Positions 1-12,787 of a stretch of 64,000 nt of DNA are shown in pieces. The DNA lies in assembly GCA_965644295.1 (NCBI GenBank), contig CBFFRP010000076.1, positions 1-64,000 of the forward strand, in the 5' to 3' direction. This DNA is from Paraphysomonas bandaiensis. Lineage: Eukaryota; Protista; Chrysophyceae. The notes below the pieces were generated by a model, which saw nothing but the letters and a program-made list of their open reading frames with translations, did no database searches and was not told the origin of the DNA. The stretch's first letter is position 1, and every line of letters begins with the position of its first letter. The translations under genes were made by a program, and so were the position numbers.

Positions 1-1257
1 GTTACGTATTGCTTCATAATTCTTTCTAAGGGTTACGACGAATTTTGGAGAGGTTTCTTTCGTGAACCCCTGCGTGAAATCAGCAGTGGAAGAAAGCAAG
101 GACAGGACCGTTGAGTCATATTCATATGTATATTCAGAGAAAATATCTTGTGATATCAGAGGAGGTTCTGGGCTCTCACGACTTGTCATAGGCGTCTTAT
201 AGTCAGCAAACGAAATCTCTAAGGAGGATAGGGCAATAGAGTCCCCAGAAGACATGCGGGAAGTACGTACTCTTCGTAAGTCTCGTAGATTTGACTTCGT
301 CACACTCGAATGCGATACATCTACCACAAACACCCCTCTTTCTCCAATAACCTTTCCTACCCGGCGCGTCCACGGGCCTGTGACAACCAGAGCTGTATTC
401 TCATCAACCCCATATGCCACCATCTCCCCCACAGGGTGCGATATAGTGTCAACCACAAGTGATACCAAACGACCCTGTCGACCACGATTGGCGAAGTGAG
501 TGTCAATTAGACCATAGGGGAAAAGCCCTATGCCCCCTGGGCCATAACCGGAGAGTTTATTTGGATTTGGAAGTTCCGCGGTGTACCAGAATGTCGTTGT
601 GCCATTCAATATACCAGTGTATGACACTCCTCCTGTTATCATTGTATGGCTTGTTTGGACATCAGTACCTGCCGAGGTACCAGCAACTACACCCCCCGTC
701 TCAAGTAATGTCTCCTTGATGGCCATTAAAGCATCAGATGGCTGTTTCTCATTATTGTTGTAAAAAGAGTATATAATTCTAGATTGATCCCCACCACCAA
801 AAACAAATCCGGAAAGGGTTTTAATGTGCGCGATGACACCAGGGTCAGTGTTGTTACCTTTCGTGTCAACAGTAACAGGAATATAGTAAACTTCAGCTGC
901 CCCGTACTTAGTTAACAGTTCTTGGTAATAAACCCAGCTTGAATCTTCGTTACAACATGGGTTTTCCGAAGCGGCAGATATAACTCCAAATCGAGCCTTT
1001 CCAACCCCTCCGCCTGCACAGATATTCATCATTCATGTTACCACAACAACGACAAGTGCCAACCTAAACCAATGATTGTGTTCCAAATTTCATAGTTATT
1101 TTCATCCAGCCCTCCACCTAATGACACAGGAATAAATACATTATACAACCATAAGATTAAATCTACCGACTAAGACGAGGCTATAATTTTTTCCAGTGAA
1201 CGAGGCGTAACAGACAGCAATAACAGACAGCAGTACATACACGGACGCCTTGACCAT
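1..1257 (-). CDS. Secreted cyanophycinase (peptidase S51, CphB/CphE-like), 3'-partial
   Basis: Manual splicing: exons 1257-1167, 1117-1064, 1013-<1 with GT-AG introns of 49 and 50 nt; frame open to the window edge. Signal peptide MVKASVYVLLSVIAVCYA, then LVLVGGG, ISAAS, FVFGGGDQSRI, VAGTSAG (catalytic Ser), LIDTHFANRGRQGRL (His), YGVDENTAL (Glu). Confidence 0.88.
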
Positions 1258-1352
1258 TGAATAAAGTCTTTGAATAGGAATGGTGCGGTAGATCTGACAC
1301 CATCTGCAGGAAGCTGACAGACGGTCACATTCTCCATACCACAACGTCCATG

Positions 1353-2916
1353 CATACCTACCTACCTACCTACCTACAGTACCTACCTACCTACCTACCT
1401 ACCTACCTACCTACCTACCTACCTACCTACCTACCTACCTACCTACCTACCTACCTACCTACCTACCTACCTACCTACCTACCTACCTACCTACCTACCT
1501 ACATACATACATACATACATACATACATACATACATACATACATACATACATACATACATACATACATACATACATACATACATACATACATACATACAT
1601 ACATACATACATACATACATACATACATACATACATACATACATACATACATACATACATACATACATACATACATACATACATACATACATACATACAT
1701 ACATACATACATACATACATACATACATACATACATACATACATACATACATACATACATACATACATACATACATACATACATACATACATACATACAT
1801 ACATACATACATACATACATACATACATACATACATACATACATACATACATACATACATACATACATACATACATACATACATACATACATACATACAT
1901 ACATACATACATACATACATACATACATACATACATACATACATACATACATACATACATACATACATACATACATACATACATACATACATACATACAT
2001 ACATACATACATACATACATACATACATACATACATACATACATACATACATACATACATACATACATACATACATACATACATACATACATACATACAT
2101 ACATACATACATACATACATACATACATACATACATACATACATACATACATACATACATACATACATACATACATACATACATACATACATACATACAT
2201 ACATACATACATACATACATACATACATACATACATACATACATACATACATACATACATACATACATACATACATACATACATACATACATACATACAT
2301 ACATACATACATACATACATACATACATACATACATACATACATACATACATACATACATACATACATACATACATACATACATACATACATACATACAT
2401 ACATACATACATACATACATACATACATACATACATACATACATACATACATACATACATACATACATACATACATACATACATACATACATACATACAT
2501 ACATACATACATACATACATACATACATACATACATACATACATACATACATACATACATACATACATACATACATACATACATACATACATACATACAT
2601 ACATACATACATACATACATACATACATACATACATACATACATACATACATACATACATACATACATACATACATACATACATACATACATACATACAT
2701 ACATACATACATACATACATACATACATACATACATACATACATACATACATACATACATACATACATACATACATACATACATACATACATACATACAT
2801 ACATACATACATACATACATACATACATACATACATACATACATACATACATACATACATACATACATACATACATACATACATACATACATACATACAT
2901 ACATACATACATACAT
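1353..2916. repeat. Compound microsatellite: (CTAC)n ~1355-1500, then perfect (ATAC)n ~1501-2916
   Basis: Directly visible; source of the spurious YIHT/MYVC ORFs. Confidence 0.99.
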
Positions 2917-2983
2917 GCAGACCCTCTTGTACACCACCACATCATATATATTGTAGCTCATTAAGGTACAACCAAATACAAGT

Positions 2984-3442
2984 ATGCACGCCAGGTCTCT
3001 GTTTTCTTTGACGGTTCTTATAATTGCATCGGTTAGCGCCAGTGACGTGGTGACCTTAACTGTGGCCAACTTTGATGAGCACACGAAAGCTACCACCGGT
3101 GACAATGGGTCATGGCTCGTCGAATTTTATGCGCCTTGGTGCGGTCATTGCAAAAAGCTTCAGCCAATCTGGGAAGAGCTCGCAACTAATGTGAAGGGAT
3201 CGATCAATGTTGCTAAGGTGGATGTGACAGATAATCGCGATCTGGGTACACGTTTTGGAATCAAGGTATTCGTATTTGCGAAAAATTTGGTACGCAGTTG
3301 TTAATATAATATTCAGGGATTCCCAACAGTGAAATTTTTCCATGAAGGCTCTGTGTATGACTACAAGGGGGCAAGGACTGTTGCTGCATTCAAGGAGTTC
3401 GTAACTGATGGGTTTACCAAAACTGAAGGTAAACGGCTCTAA
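2984..3442 (+). CDS. Thioredoxin-domain (PDI-family) protein with signal peptide
   Basis: Exons 2984-3265 and 3317-3442; WLVEFYAPWCGHCK active site; GIK|GFPTVKFF and YKGART restored across the intron. Confidence 0.92.
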
Positions 3443-3640
3443 GCACTTCTTTTTTCTACCCAGTATATCCAGCTTACTTTGGAATCTGCGGAGATATGAT
3501 AATAATAATAAGAAGAAGAACTATATTGACATCTGCACCATGTTGAGCTATGATACTGTTTAATGATACTACAGCGTAGAGCTCTCAATACATTCAGTTA
3601 TTGAATTTAAGGCGTAGTTGGCACTCTATATATATTAAGT

Positions 3641-5174
3641 CAGGGCCTGGTAGCCATTAATGGGCCATTAATGGTAATGCCATTAAAATTGCGGGGAATT
3701 GGACTACCATTAATGGGCCATATAGAACTGAGTGTTCTTAAGAGTATAGTCTCTCCTCTGTACTCCGAAGAAACTCTAAACAATATTAAACAACAATGCT
3801 CATGCAACTCTACAGGCACTCTGTGGCAACCTTGTTCACTATCTTCTCAATGCATTCTAGAGTTAGAGAATAGTGTCCTGAGCGATATCCATAGCAACGT
3901 AGGAATATACCCAAAAACTCTAAAATAATCATTGAAAACATGCATATTTCACCTAGAAACATTCATAAAAACACTATTTTTCCCCAAAGTACACAACTAC
4001 AATATACTCTGTGCTGTATTTATACATATACAGATCACATTAAGCAACGATGATGGCCAAAACAATCGATGGCAGTGTAATTTACAGAGTCTTCTTCCGA
4101 GTGGTTTCAGAGAATCCTCTCAGTGCTCTGTATCTTATTGTTCGTTGTGCAATGATCTCCTTTAACAAGATATACTGCGAGGTTACACGAGTTGTGTGAA
4201 TCATATAGCCAAGAAGGGCACCAAACATGCGGATTTTTCTTGACGAGAGGAACTCGAGAGAATTTTGGGAAGTGAGAGACTTCACGGGGGCGATTTATTG
4301 TTTTGTAAGAAAGAAAGTATCTCCTGCTGCAAGGAACTTATTTCGGTGGTTGGAATGGATAGTCATGAACGACGAACCATTTTCTATTGTGGAGAATAAG
4401 TATGTTCGGAAGAGATGGAACCAATTTGTACCAAGCCCGCCAGTTATTTGATATGCTGCTACAAGAATTTCCAGAGCTGGATCCGTACCTTTCCCCGAAT
4501 GCAAGCATTGTTGTCAGTGCAAATTTTGAGAAGGCAGTGGCTAAAATTCAAGGGAGCGATGAAAGAGAGTTGACAGGCAATGAGAGAAGAGCAGTTAGAC
4601 ATGTGCAACTGGATTCATCCATGGAGGTTGGTGTACCCGACAGAAATAACGAGGACGAGAGTGAAGGAACTGATTTTGCATGTTCTGGACAGCGTCGAGG
4701 TCACCAAGAGAGCTCGACTTGGTACCTATGAGTCCAACTACCGCTGCTTGCTTCATATTGAAGCACAATCTACTTTTGTTGAGAGGCTCTTTAGTCGTGC
4801 AACGTTGATTATGACACCTGAGCGTAGAAACATGAATCCATATAATATCGACTAGAATCGGTGCTATTCCTACGAGCCAATTACATGTTGTGGGATGTTT
4901 ATACCCTCCATAAAGCCCTGCAAGAAGATCCTGATGTGTCAGTAGAGAGCGAGAAATAGTTAAAATTTGTAGTCTCTATATTTAACTGAAAATTAGCAAT
5001 TAAGGGAGCACAACAGTATCTATTATATGAGTGATGCTATCTACTTTAAGTTTTAGTAGGTATTAATGGCCATTAATGCGCCATTATAATTGCCGGGACA
5101 TTTTTCATTAATGCCATTATAATTGCCGGGAGCTGGACTACCATTAATGGGCCATTAATGGTTACCAGGCCCTG
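3641..5174 (+). mobile_element. hAT DNA transposon with degenerate transposase
   Basis: TIR CAGGGCCTGGT...ACCAGGCCCTG; perfect 8-bp TSD TATTAAGT (3633-3640, 5175-5182); subterminal CCATTAATGG repeats; frameshifted hAT dimerisation-domain remnant STFVERLFSRATLIMTPERRNM..LFLRANYMLW. Confidence 0.92.
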
Positions 5175-6219
5175 TATTAAGTCATATTTTAGGATACAGA
5201 GAGTACATTTTACACGAATTGTCCCTAGTTAGATAAGCTGGAAACAAACAATCCAAAAAAAGTCATCCTTCTCTCTGTTGAACATTGCTTTATGATAAGA
5301 AAATCAAGTAGTACTTAATACTTAAAGGTCCTTATTGAAGGTCGTCAGCTACTTGAAGAATACAGTAGTTGAAAACTGTAGAACATGAATTAGTGATATA
5401 TATGATGTAAACTATATGTTAGTGAAACTGAAATATATTGACTGTATACGATCGTGACTATCTATGATCTGATAGTATTGAATGGTAGTAGGTAGTAGGT
5501 GACAGAAGACAGAATAGTATTAGTAAATGATAAATGACAATGAATGGCAAATAATGATACTGAATATAACTTTACTATTTGATTATTGAGTAAGTTCAAC
5601 ATTCATTCTGTTGTCAAACCCTGATATTGTGGCGGATGGGTGTTCAGACTATAATATTTACCTATGTTTTATCAGATTGAGGTGATCAACTGGACTAATA
5701 AACGCAAGGTGTGGATCATGCGTAAGAATCGAAACCATTGTATGACTAATCCTAATCGAATCAAGCATAAGGAGGATCTCTAGAAGTGGTTACAGAGGAA
5801 GAAGTATACCCGTTTCAGTTCGATATTAGATGCAGTCCAACCTGTAGCACTAGACACACGCAGTTTGTGAGTGTCTACATCAATTGACGGTTAGTGCGGT
5901 ATTACTCAGAAAGTGCAAGAATTAGATTATCCTTCTACTGATGTTGCTAGCTACAGACTATCAATTCTTTTGTGTCGAAATAGAAATAATGGTAACCATT
6001 AGTCGCAGATTCGATGAAACCATATGTCTGACTGAGGAAATCACTCAGGAAGTTTATACGCAGTTACTCAAAATAGCTCTCTCTACATATTATATATATC
6101 TTACTATGTTCTCAGAGGATATTGATGTGAGCTCAATTAGGCCAGCCTTGCAATGCGTCAACGACATGGTCCTTAGGCCACGAGACTGAAAGAACACGTA
6201 CGTGCGATCCCCTAGTGAC

Positions 6220-6620
6220 CAACAATGTCAAGCAAATGAAATATGGATTGGTGTGTTTAGGGGTTAGTAGTATTATACCTTCGGTATCAACATCATCTAA
6301 CCTTTATTGCTTGTTAATTTAATTTATTATACTAAAACAGAAATTTTACAAAGATTTTATTATATATATTATATTATATTATATTAATTAAGTATGATTT
6401 TAAGTAAAAATAAGAAGTGAAAAAGTGAGAAAAAAGAAGTGAGTATAAGTATTAAAAAAATAAAAAATTGATAATTATATAAAAATAAAACTTTTATTAA
6501 ATAAATTATAATAATTTCAGTTTAGTATAAATTAAATTAACAAACAATAAGGGTTAGATATGGAAGGTATAATAACTGACCCCAAAAATTCCACTGCATT
6601 TCATTTGCTTGACGTTGTTG
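6220..6620. mobile_element. AT-rich foldback MITE with ~130-bp imperfect TIRs
   Basis: CAACAATGTCAAGCAAATGAAAT... at 6220 is mirrored by ...ATTTCATTTGCTTGACGTTGTTG at 6620, and the inner arms also pair. No clear TSD. Confidence 0.65.
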
Positions 6621-6749
6621 TTCAGTGCCTGAATGATTGTGCGTGGGTTACCGCGTAGTGCCTATTTACAAAAACAGAAACAAAAACAAAATCGATTGCC
6701 TTGATGACTTCCTTGTCCATCATCCTAAGTGTGTGGGGTTTGCGATTTG

Positions 6750-7595
6750 AAGAACACTGTGGAAACTACACCGGACGACTAGGTCCCGAGAAACTGCCCA
6801 ATTCTCATTGGAAAGAAAAGATAAAATGTATTCTATTGCACATATATTTGCATTCGTTAATTAATGTTATTTATTGTATGTTCCCACGTGTGAGAGAGAA
6901 ATTTTGAAAGGATCAATTAAATATCGCATCTTGAAATGTATTGCAAATATGTCTACATACTGAAAACGATTGGTTTCGCATCTTAAAAGGATTTGCAGTT
7001 TGCTTGATGCATCATAGATAGTTTAAATATTCTGACTTCACAAGATACTTGCTCCGAAGTATTAGTGGACTGGAGGAGAGCATACGAGGACGTTGACAGA
7101 ACTCCGGACGAATCATCATATATTCCAAGTTCCCAGGAAAATCGGCCCTATGTATTATCTTCAGACGAAGATATTTGCGATTTCGATGAAGGTAGTGATT
7201 TTGAGGAGTTGATGAATACCTCCATTTTTACTCCGCCAAAGAAGAAAAGGGGGTTTGAGTGGAACAAAATTGTACCATCTCACTAAATTGCTCATCCGAT
7301 GATTGTGAGGTTCGCTGCCCATGAAATAAAGATTGCTGTGGAGCTACACCGAACTTGATCATCAGAAACAGCCCGATTTTTATTCGACTGTGACGACGAA
7401 GAGTGAGACATATAGCATTTTGATTTTTGAATTTATGGCTACAGTATGCTCCCCTGTCTGTTTGACTAGGTGAATACCCACTTCCACCTAGTCAACCTAG
7501 TCATTGTAATGTTAAAAATCTAAATTTAATAACTAGGTTTTCACACCAATTTCGAGTGACTAGAAAATTCCAATAAATTGACTAGGTTGAAAATA
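6750..7595. repeat. Degenerate copy of the GACTAGGT-motif transposon family (family E)
   Basis: Multiple GACTAGGT/ACCTAGTC motifs, ending TTGACTAGGTTGAA (~7590); internal segments resemble 17350-17450. Further fragments at ~11790-11900 and ~12300-12420. Confidence 0.6.
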
Positions 7596-7911
7596 GATCC
7601 TCATAACTTCTCTTTAACGATTAAGGTATAAAATATAAAATGACCAAAAGTCAATATGATGCTCTCGTTGAACGATTAACTTCATTCTGGCTACAAAGCT
7701 ATCAACTTCTATGTAAGTTCTTGTACAAGCATATAGAGTAGGTTTCAAATACTTCTACAGTACTCTAAGCGCAACAATTAGCGATTCTGTTGAACGATAT
7801 GTAAAAATGTTGTTGATTATAAATACAAGTTCATTCGTTGGTGGTGGGCATATTTGCATTTACTTCCAAAGAATTTCATAACAATCAACTAAACCACGAC
7901 GAAAACAAAAC

Positions 7912-8385
7912 TCATTTATGAGATCGTTGCATGCTTCGTGCCATCTCCCTCATCATCACCATGAAAACATCAAAATCCACCACAGCAACTAATATTTGCC
8001 CAAAAATAGCATACGTGCTATCAGAATCTTCTTCTGACTTCTCCCTTAGAGCATCATAAAAATCATAAGGGGTGCATCCTTGTTTTTTAATAAATTCTTC
8101 GAGCAGCCGTTCAAAGAGATCCTTGAATTTTTGGTGCAATTCAGTGTAAACTAGTTTGTACTCCTCGGACTCCAAATCGATGACATCACATTCTTCCTTA
8201 GCAAACCTTTCAAAGGTGTTTGTGAAAGAATCGTCTTCATAAAAGTATTTTTGTACGCGGTCAATTAGCTCAGTACCGCTTATTTTATCTTCCTTTCCCT
8301 CAGATTTCTTTCCTTCAGAAAAACTCCTCTTGCTGTCATAAGCTCCATCGTAATCATCCATATCATCATCATCATATTTACTCAT
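7912..8385 (-). CDS. BART/ARL2-binding domain protein (CFAP36/ARL2BP-like)
   Basis: FERFAKEECDVIDLESEEYKLVYTELHQKFKDLFERLLEEFI...DFDVFMVMM fits the BART domain; likely start MSKYDDD at 8385; intronless. Confidence 0.75.
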   Translation of the reverse strand: MSKYDDDDMDDYDGAYDSKRSFSEGKKSEGKEDKISGTELIDRVQKYFYEDDSFTNTFERFAKEECDVIDLESEEYKLVYTELHQKFKDLFERLLEEFIKKQGCTPYDFYDALREKSEEDSDSTYAIFGQILVAVVDFDVFMVMMREMARSMQRSHK

Positions 8386-8619
8386 TATCGAATCTTGTTG
8401 AAGGACGCGCCAGTAGCAGATAATACTTATAATTGCCCCAAAATCCGCAGGAAAGTCCAAAGATGATTATGGTGTTGTATATATATATATATATAAGCTG
8501 CACACTGTAGTGCTGTGTAGAAACAGGCTCTCAAATAGTAATACATACTCTGCTGTATATACAACATACACTACACACGAGTTATAGATACACAGATATA
8601 TGCAGAATGCACGGTACAA

Positions 8620-8630
8620 TATACCGTATA
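8620..8630. promoter_or_regulatory. Candidate palindromic promoter element TATAC-S-GTATA
   Basis: Exact copies at 8620, 32975, 59746 and 63062; one-mismatch copies at 39493 and 51111; all lie in 5' gene flanks. Confidence 0.5.
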
Positions 8631-8687
8631 CCAGAATACATTGTCTGACCTGTGCTGTGCACGTTACTTGTAGTCATATGCATGGCA

Positions 8688-9852
8688 TGGAAGCAGTTAT
8701 CAAGCTCCAATTTAGTCTTGTAACAATATTGCCACACAGGGCTTCTTGTATCCTAGGCACTTTATGTGGTCTAACTGTTTCACAGGAACCACCGGTGTTG
8801 TCCGTGATTCTTATCAGAGGGTATGTCTGAGGTTGAGTGTGCAGGAGTTTATGGAGGACGAGTGCTTCAACAAGCTGCAGGAGTATGTTGGAGGGTTCAA
8901 CTTGCGGCACATATTTATAGAGTTCGATATTTCTATGAACAACCTTTGTGTTGATGTTAACTTGTCTGCGGTGCAGTCATCGATGAGTGTGCTTCAAGAC
9001 ATGACACTACCAGAAGAAAAACTTGTGTTTACTTGTGAGATAGTTAATTACACCACAGAGAACGACATTGCCGCTTCCATAATTGACTATTTATCTCCTA
9101 CCGTTATTGTTGTGAGAAGATTATCTACTCGTGACAGTACAGTGGAAGCGATATCCAGTGTTGGGGTCATATTAGAGCAACAAAATTCGAAGCACATACA
9201 TATTGGAGTCAGTGGATTAGAACTGGACGAAGTTCAGTACTGCCTTGATGCCAAGCGTGGTGTTATTAAGTTCATATGTATGGGAGCTCACCAGTATCCA
9301 AATCTTAAAGTGCACCATATCGAGCTTGCTCATTCTAGAGGTTGTAACACAATGCTTACAATAAGTGATGTCAACCCAGAAAAATTGAGTCGGCTTGATC
9401 ATTTTGCCGCAAAGTATAAACGACACCAGGCTGTGGTTTTGGCGAAAATTATTCTTCAATTGGGGGCTTTGGTAGCATTTGACTGTGGCATAGACAGTCG
9501 CTTTATATGTTCACGAGTGTCAAAGTTGTGCCACCCTTTTACCCACCTACAAGTAGGTATTATATTATATGCATATATCATTCTCATTTGTTTATAGTTG
9601 AATTTCGCCCCATCAGACGAATATCGCTTTGTCATAAGTAATGACGACATGTCATGCATATACGATGCTTCGTTAGAGAATGAGTTTCTGGAAGAGAATA
9701 AACGCATTGACCGATATGTGCTGAGACCCGAGAGTCGAACACTACGCACGAATTCTATGGTTGCCAAGCATGTTGTTAAATCCCAGAATTATATTCCTCC
9801 TGCTGACTTACCAGCACCTGTGGAGTCCAGTCATGGAGAACCGGAAGAATAG
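8688..9852 (+). CDS. Hypothetical protein with weak aldo/keto-reductase-like segments
   Basis: Long ORF 8746-9552 joined to 9598-9852 by GT-AG intron 9553-9597; HIHIGVSGL and FAAKYKRHQAVVLAKIILQLGA resemble AKR motifs; 5' exon structure uncertain. Confidence 0.55.
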
Positions 9853-10429
9853 ATAACTTATGTACTCTAACAGTTTGTATATGCACTATTTTGTAATTAC
9901 AGTATATTAATGGTGTCTGTGAGATAGCATGCTATTACCGAATATTTGTTTTATTTACAAGTAATATAATCGAGTGATATGTGTGTTCAAGGTCAGTTAA
10001 GTCGTCAGAAGTTAATTTATTGAGTGCTTAGCTTAAACAACAACAGCTTAAACAGATTGTTAGTCAGGGATTGTCAAAGTTAGAGGTAGACTAGACTTTG
10101 AGATATTGTTGACAAAAGTATAGGCCGGCACTAGGAAATATGGAAGTGGTTGAGCTTTGCATATTTGTTACTTGACCGTATTACTTGAAAACGGTATTAC
10201 ATGAATTATTTAAAAAATAATATGAATAATATCATGTAATATGTTAGTGAAACAGCAACATATTATTGACTCCATACGATCGTGACAATCTGACATATGA
10301 TAATATTGATTGATATAGTGCCGACATGAGATATAAATTTAGTAAATGACAAAAAAAGAGAAATCCACCACAATTCAATAGTGGGGCTATTTTTGGTCCT
10401 AGTCGATTAGGTGTAATTCCTAAGTCACA

Positions 10430-11165
10430 CCAAAGTCGGACTCGCACCTTTTTGTGGTGTTCTGGAGAATAAGTACCGGGAATATTTCTCCGGGAAACTA
10501 ACCTGAGCCGCATATATATTCAGCAGATATTGTTCTTCCTACACATAGCCAAATGCTTGTGTGGTACAAGGGATACTAATTAGTGGCACTGGTGTAGACG
10601 TCTTTGAGAGCCTTGACGAAAACACAGGCTTTCGGGGCATTGGGCTGCCTGCTGAAGTCAAGCATCCGGGCTAGTTCACCTTAAGCACAGAGAGCAAAAG
10701 TGGTTGCACCTTGGTGCTTGCTGTGACGCACAAGCGGCTTTGTAGCGCCAAATAGAAGAATACTTGAGTTAAACACTAGATCGTTAAATTGTTTTGCTAC
10801 ATTAGTTCTGACTCTTACACGCCCATTAAGTCGAGAGGTAATACCAAAACCTGGTAAAGTGGTTTATTTTACCAGGTTTCATAATATCTATGTATTGAGT
10901 TATATTATTTACTGTAATTTGTATCTGAGAGGTTAAAGATAAAGAAAAAGTCGCAATTATAGTTGTTATTAGAGAAGTACTTATTGCGTTTCAAGTTGGC
11001 TCTGCTACTTGTGTTTTGTACTATCATATTCTCATATAGCTACATTTGCCTCTCTTAAGATTGCAAACGCTCCAACCGAATAGCCTGATTTTGGATACAT
11101 TGCATACGCATAATATATAGCTATCTTCACCACTCCTACTACTTACAGTATTATATTAGTACCTA
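10430..11165 (+). mobile_element. Dispersed repeat family D (non-coding, retroposon-like) plus attached 3' segment
   Basis: Core GTGGTTGCACCTTGGTGCTTGC..GACGCACAAGC shared with the copies at ~16390, 17697, 23761, 24270, 25011 and 36330; 10740-11165 is nearly identical to 24490-24935. Confidence 0.75.
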
Positions 11166-12423
11166 TATATTTTCGGAGACGACGCGGCAACAGCCTTTAG
11201 GGGCATATTACTAGTAGGTGGAGGATCATAAGCAGATGGAGGACCACACGCAGGTAGTGAATCATCATTTTTTCTCATAAGAAGATCACGTTCTGCTCAA
11301 CCGGACATCATTTCCTGACGAAGTCCAGTAACACAGCGGGAGGTATCAGATCTGCTTTCTGCTGGGATTCGACGGTCCCGTCACCATCTTTATGAACAGT
11401 ATTAATTACCCTGCTCGTGCGCTTTCGTGATACCTCTTCCTCCGGGCCGTCGTTAGATATGTCGCCACGAATGTCGACGACATTCTTCTTCTCGTTGCAC
11501 TTCTCCTACACCATCGTAATAATATGAATATATACACAGTAGTGTACAGAACAATATCGCATATATACGAACGACTACCCGTCACCACCTTCAGCTGTAA
11601 AACCGAAGTAACATATAAAATATATATGTGGAAGAAATTAATAAAAAATATTTTAAATAATTCTTTTCACACTGTTAATAATATAATATATCTTCATATT
11701 ATAGTTACTTATTGTGCATAGTTATACCCTTTTCCAACCATCATCAACAATATCACCAGGTTGTATACATTTCACCAGGTTTTGGTATATTACCTCGACT
11801 TGGTAGCTAATAATCTCAGTGACATTCACTACTTCCAAAAATAGTGTAAAACCTAGTCTAAACGTTGAAAATCTAGTCATCAAATAATTCATATTTTTAG
11901 TTTTTACCAATATCAGTTATGTTCATCTCATAAACAATCAATATGTATGTCGATACATACATATTTGTGTTCAAATCAAGCAAATTGTCAATGTCTTCCT
12001 TATATATATGTATTCCTCTAGTGCTAAATGGTTATGATATAATTCTTAGTCCAGTTAGCTACACCGAACTAATAAAACTAATAAAGTGGCTTTTTTCCAG
12101 GTTTCAAGAGCGGAAAATTAGATAATATACATTATATGACATTGTTTAATCTTGAAACAAGTAATAATGAAGTTAATTACGCATATTATGCATGCATTGG
12201 TATCTAAGATGATGTTTTCAATATAATATGAAATAAGACAATCCGCTACTATAATATAACAATATTATTTGACTTTTTTAGATAGTTTTATGTAATTCGT
12301 TGACCTCTAGTCAAATTGGTTGAACTACCTAATCTCACTAATTTTGGTGTGAAACCTAGTCAAAAGTAAGAAATAATTCATTAACTGCATTCAATAATCG
12401 ATGGCTAGGTGACTAACATAAAC

Positions 12424-12787
12424 CAAGGCTAGGAAACAATATATTGCAATACTATTGTTAGATAGCGTTCTATCAATACTATTGATGGAGATTTTAAGCA
12501 GGGTCAACAATACTATACAATTACAATATATTGCAATATATTAGTATGACTAATCAGTAAGTAAATACACCTAGAAATTGTAGTAGAGCTTGTCTCTCCT
12601 CTCTCTTCGTTTTTTCATTGTAAATTGTAAATTCGTTATAATATTGTGTTGAATCAGTTTGCAATCCCAAATAAATGTCAAAGTCGAATATAGCCAGCTA
12701 ATCCAGAATTACCAAAATAACAATGTTATGAAAAGAAGCCAGCTTAAAGCTTAAAATACTATTGCAATATATTGATCCTTAGCACTG
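12424..12787 (-). mobile_element. Non-autonomous hAT-like element (family C, CAGGGCTAGGAAACAAT termini), degraded
   Basis: End CAAGGCTAGGAAACAATATATTGC matches the termini at 35363, 36627 and 37999; CAATATATTG subterminal repeats. Confidence 0.6.

Noticed and set aside
254-763. Short plus-strand ORFs
   Set aside because: Antisense shadows of the cyanophycinase exon.
1350-3105. 470-550-aa ORFs of YIHT/MYVC repeats (also at 14886-15419)
   Set aside because: Translations of stop-free tetranucleotide microsatellites; not protein-coding.
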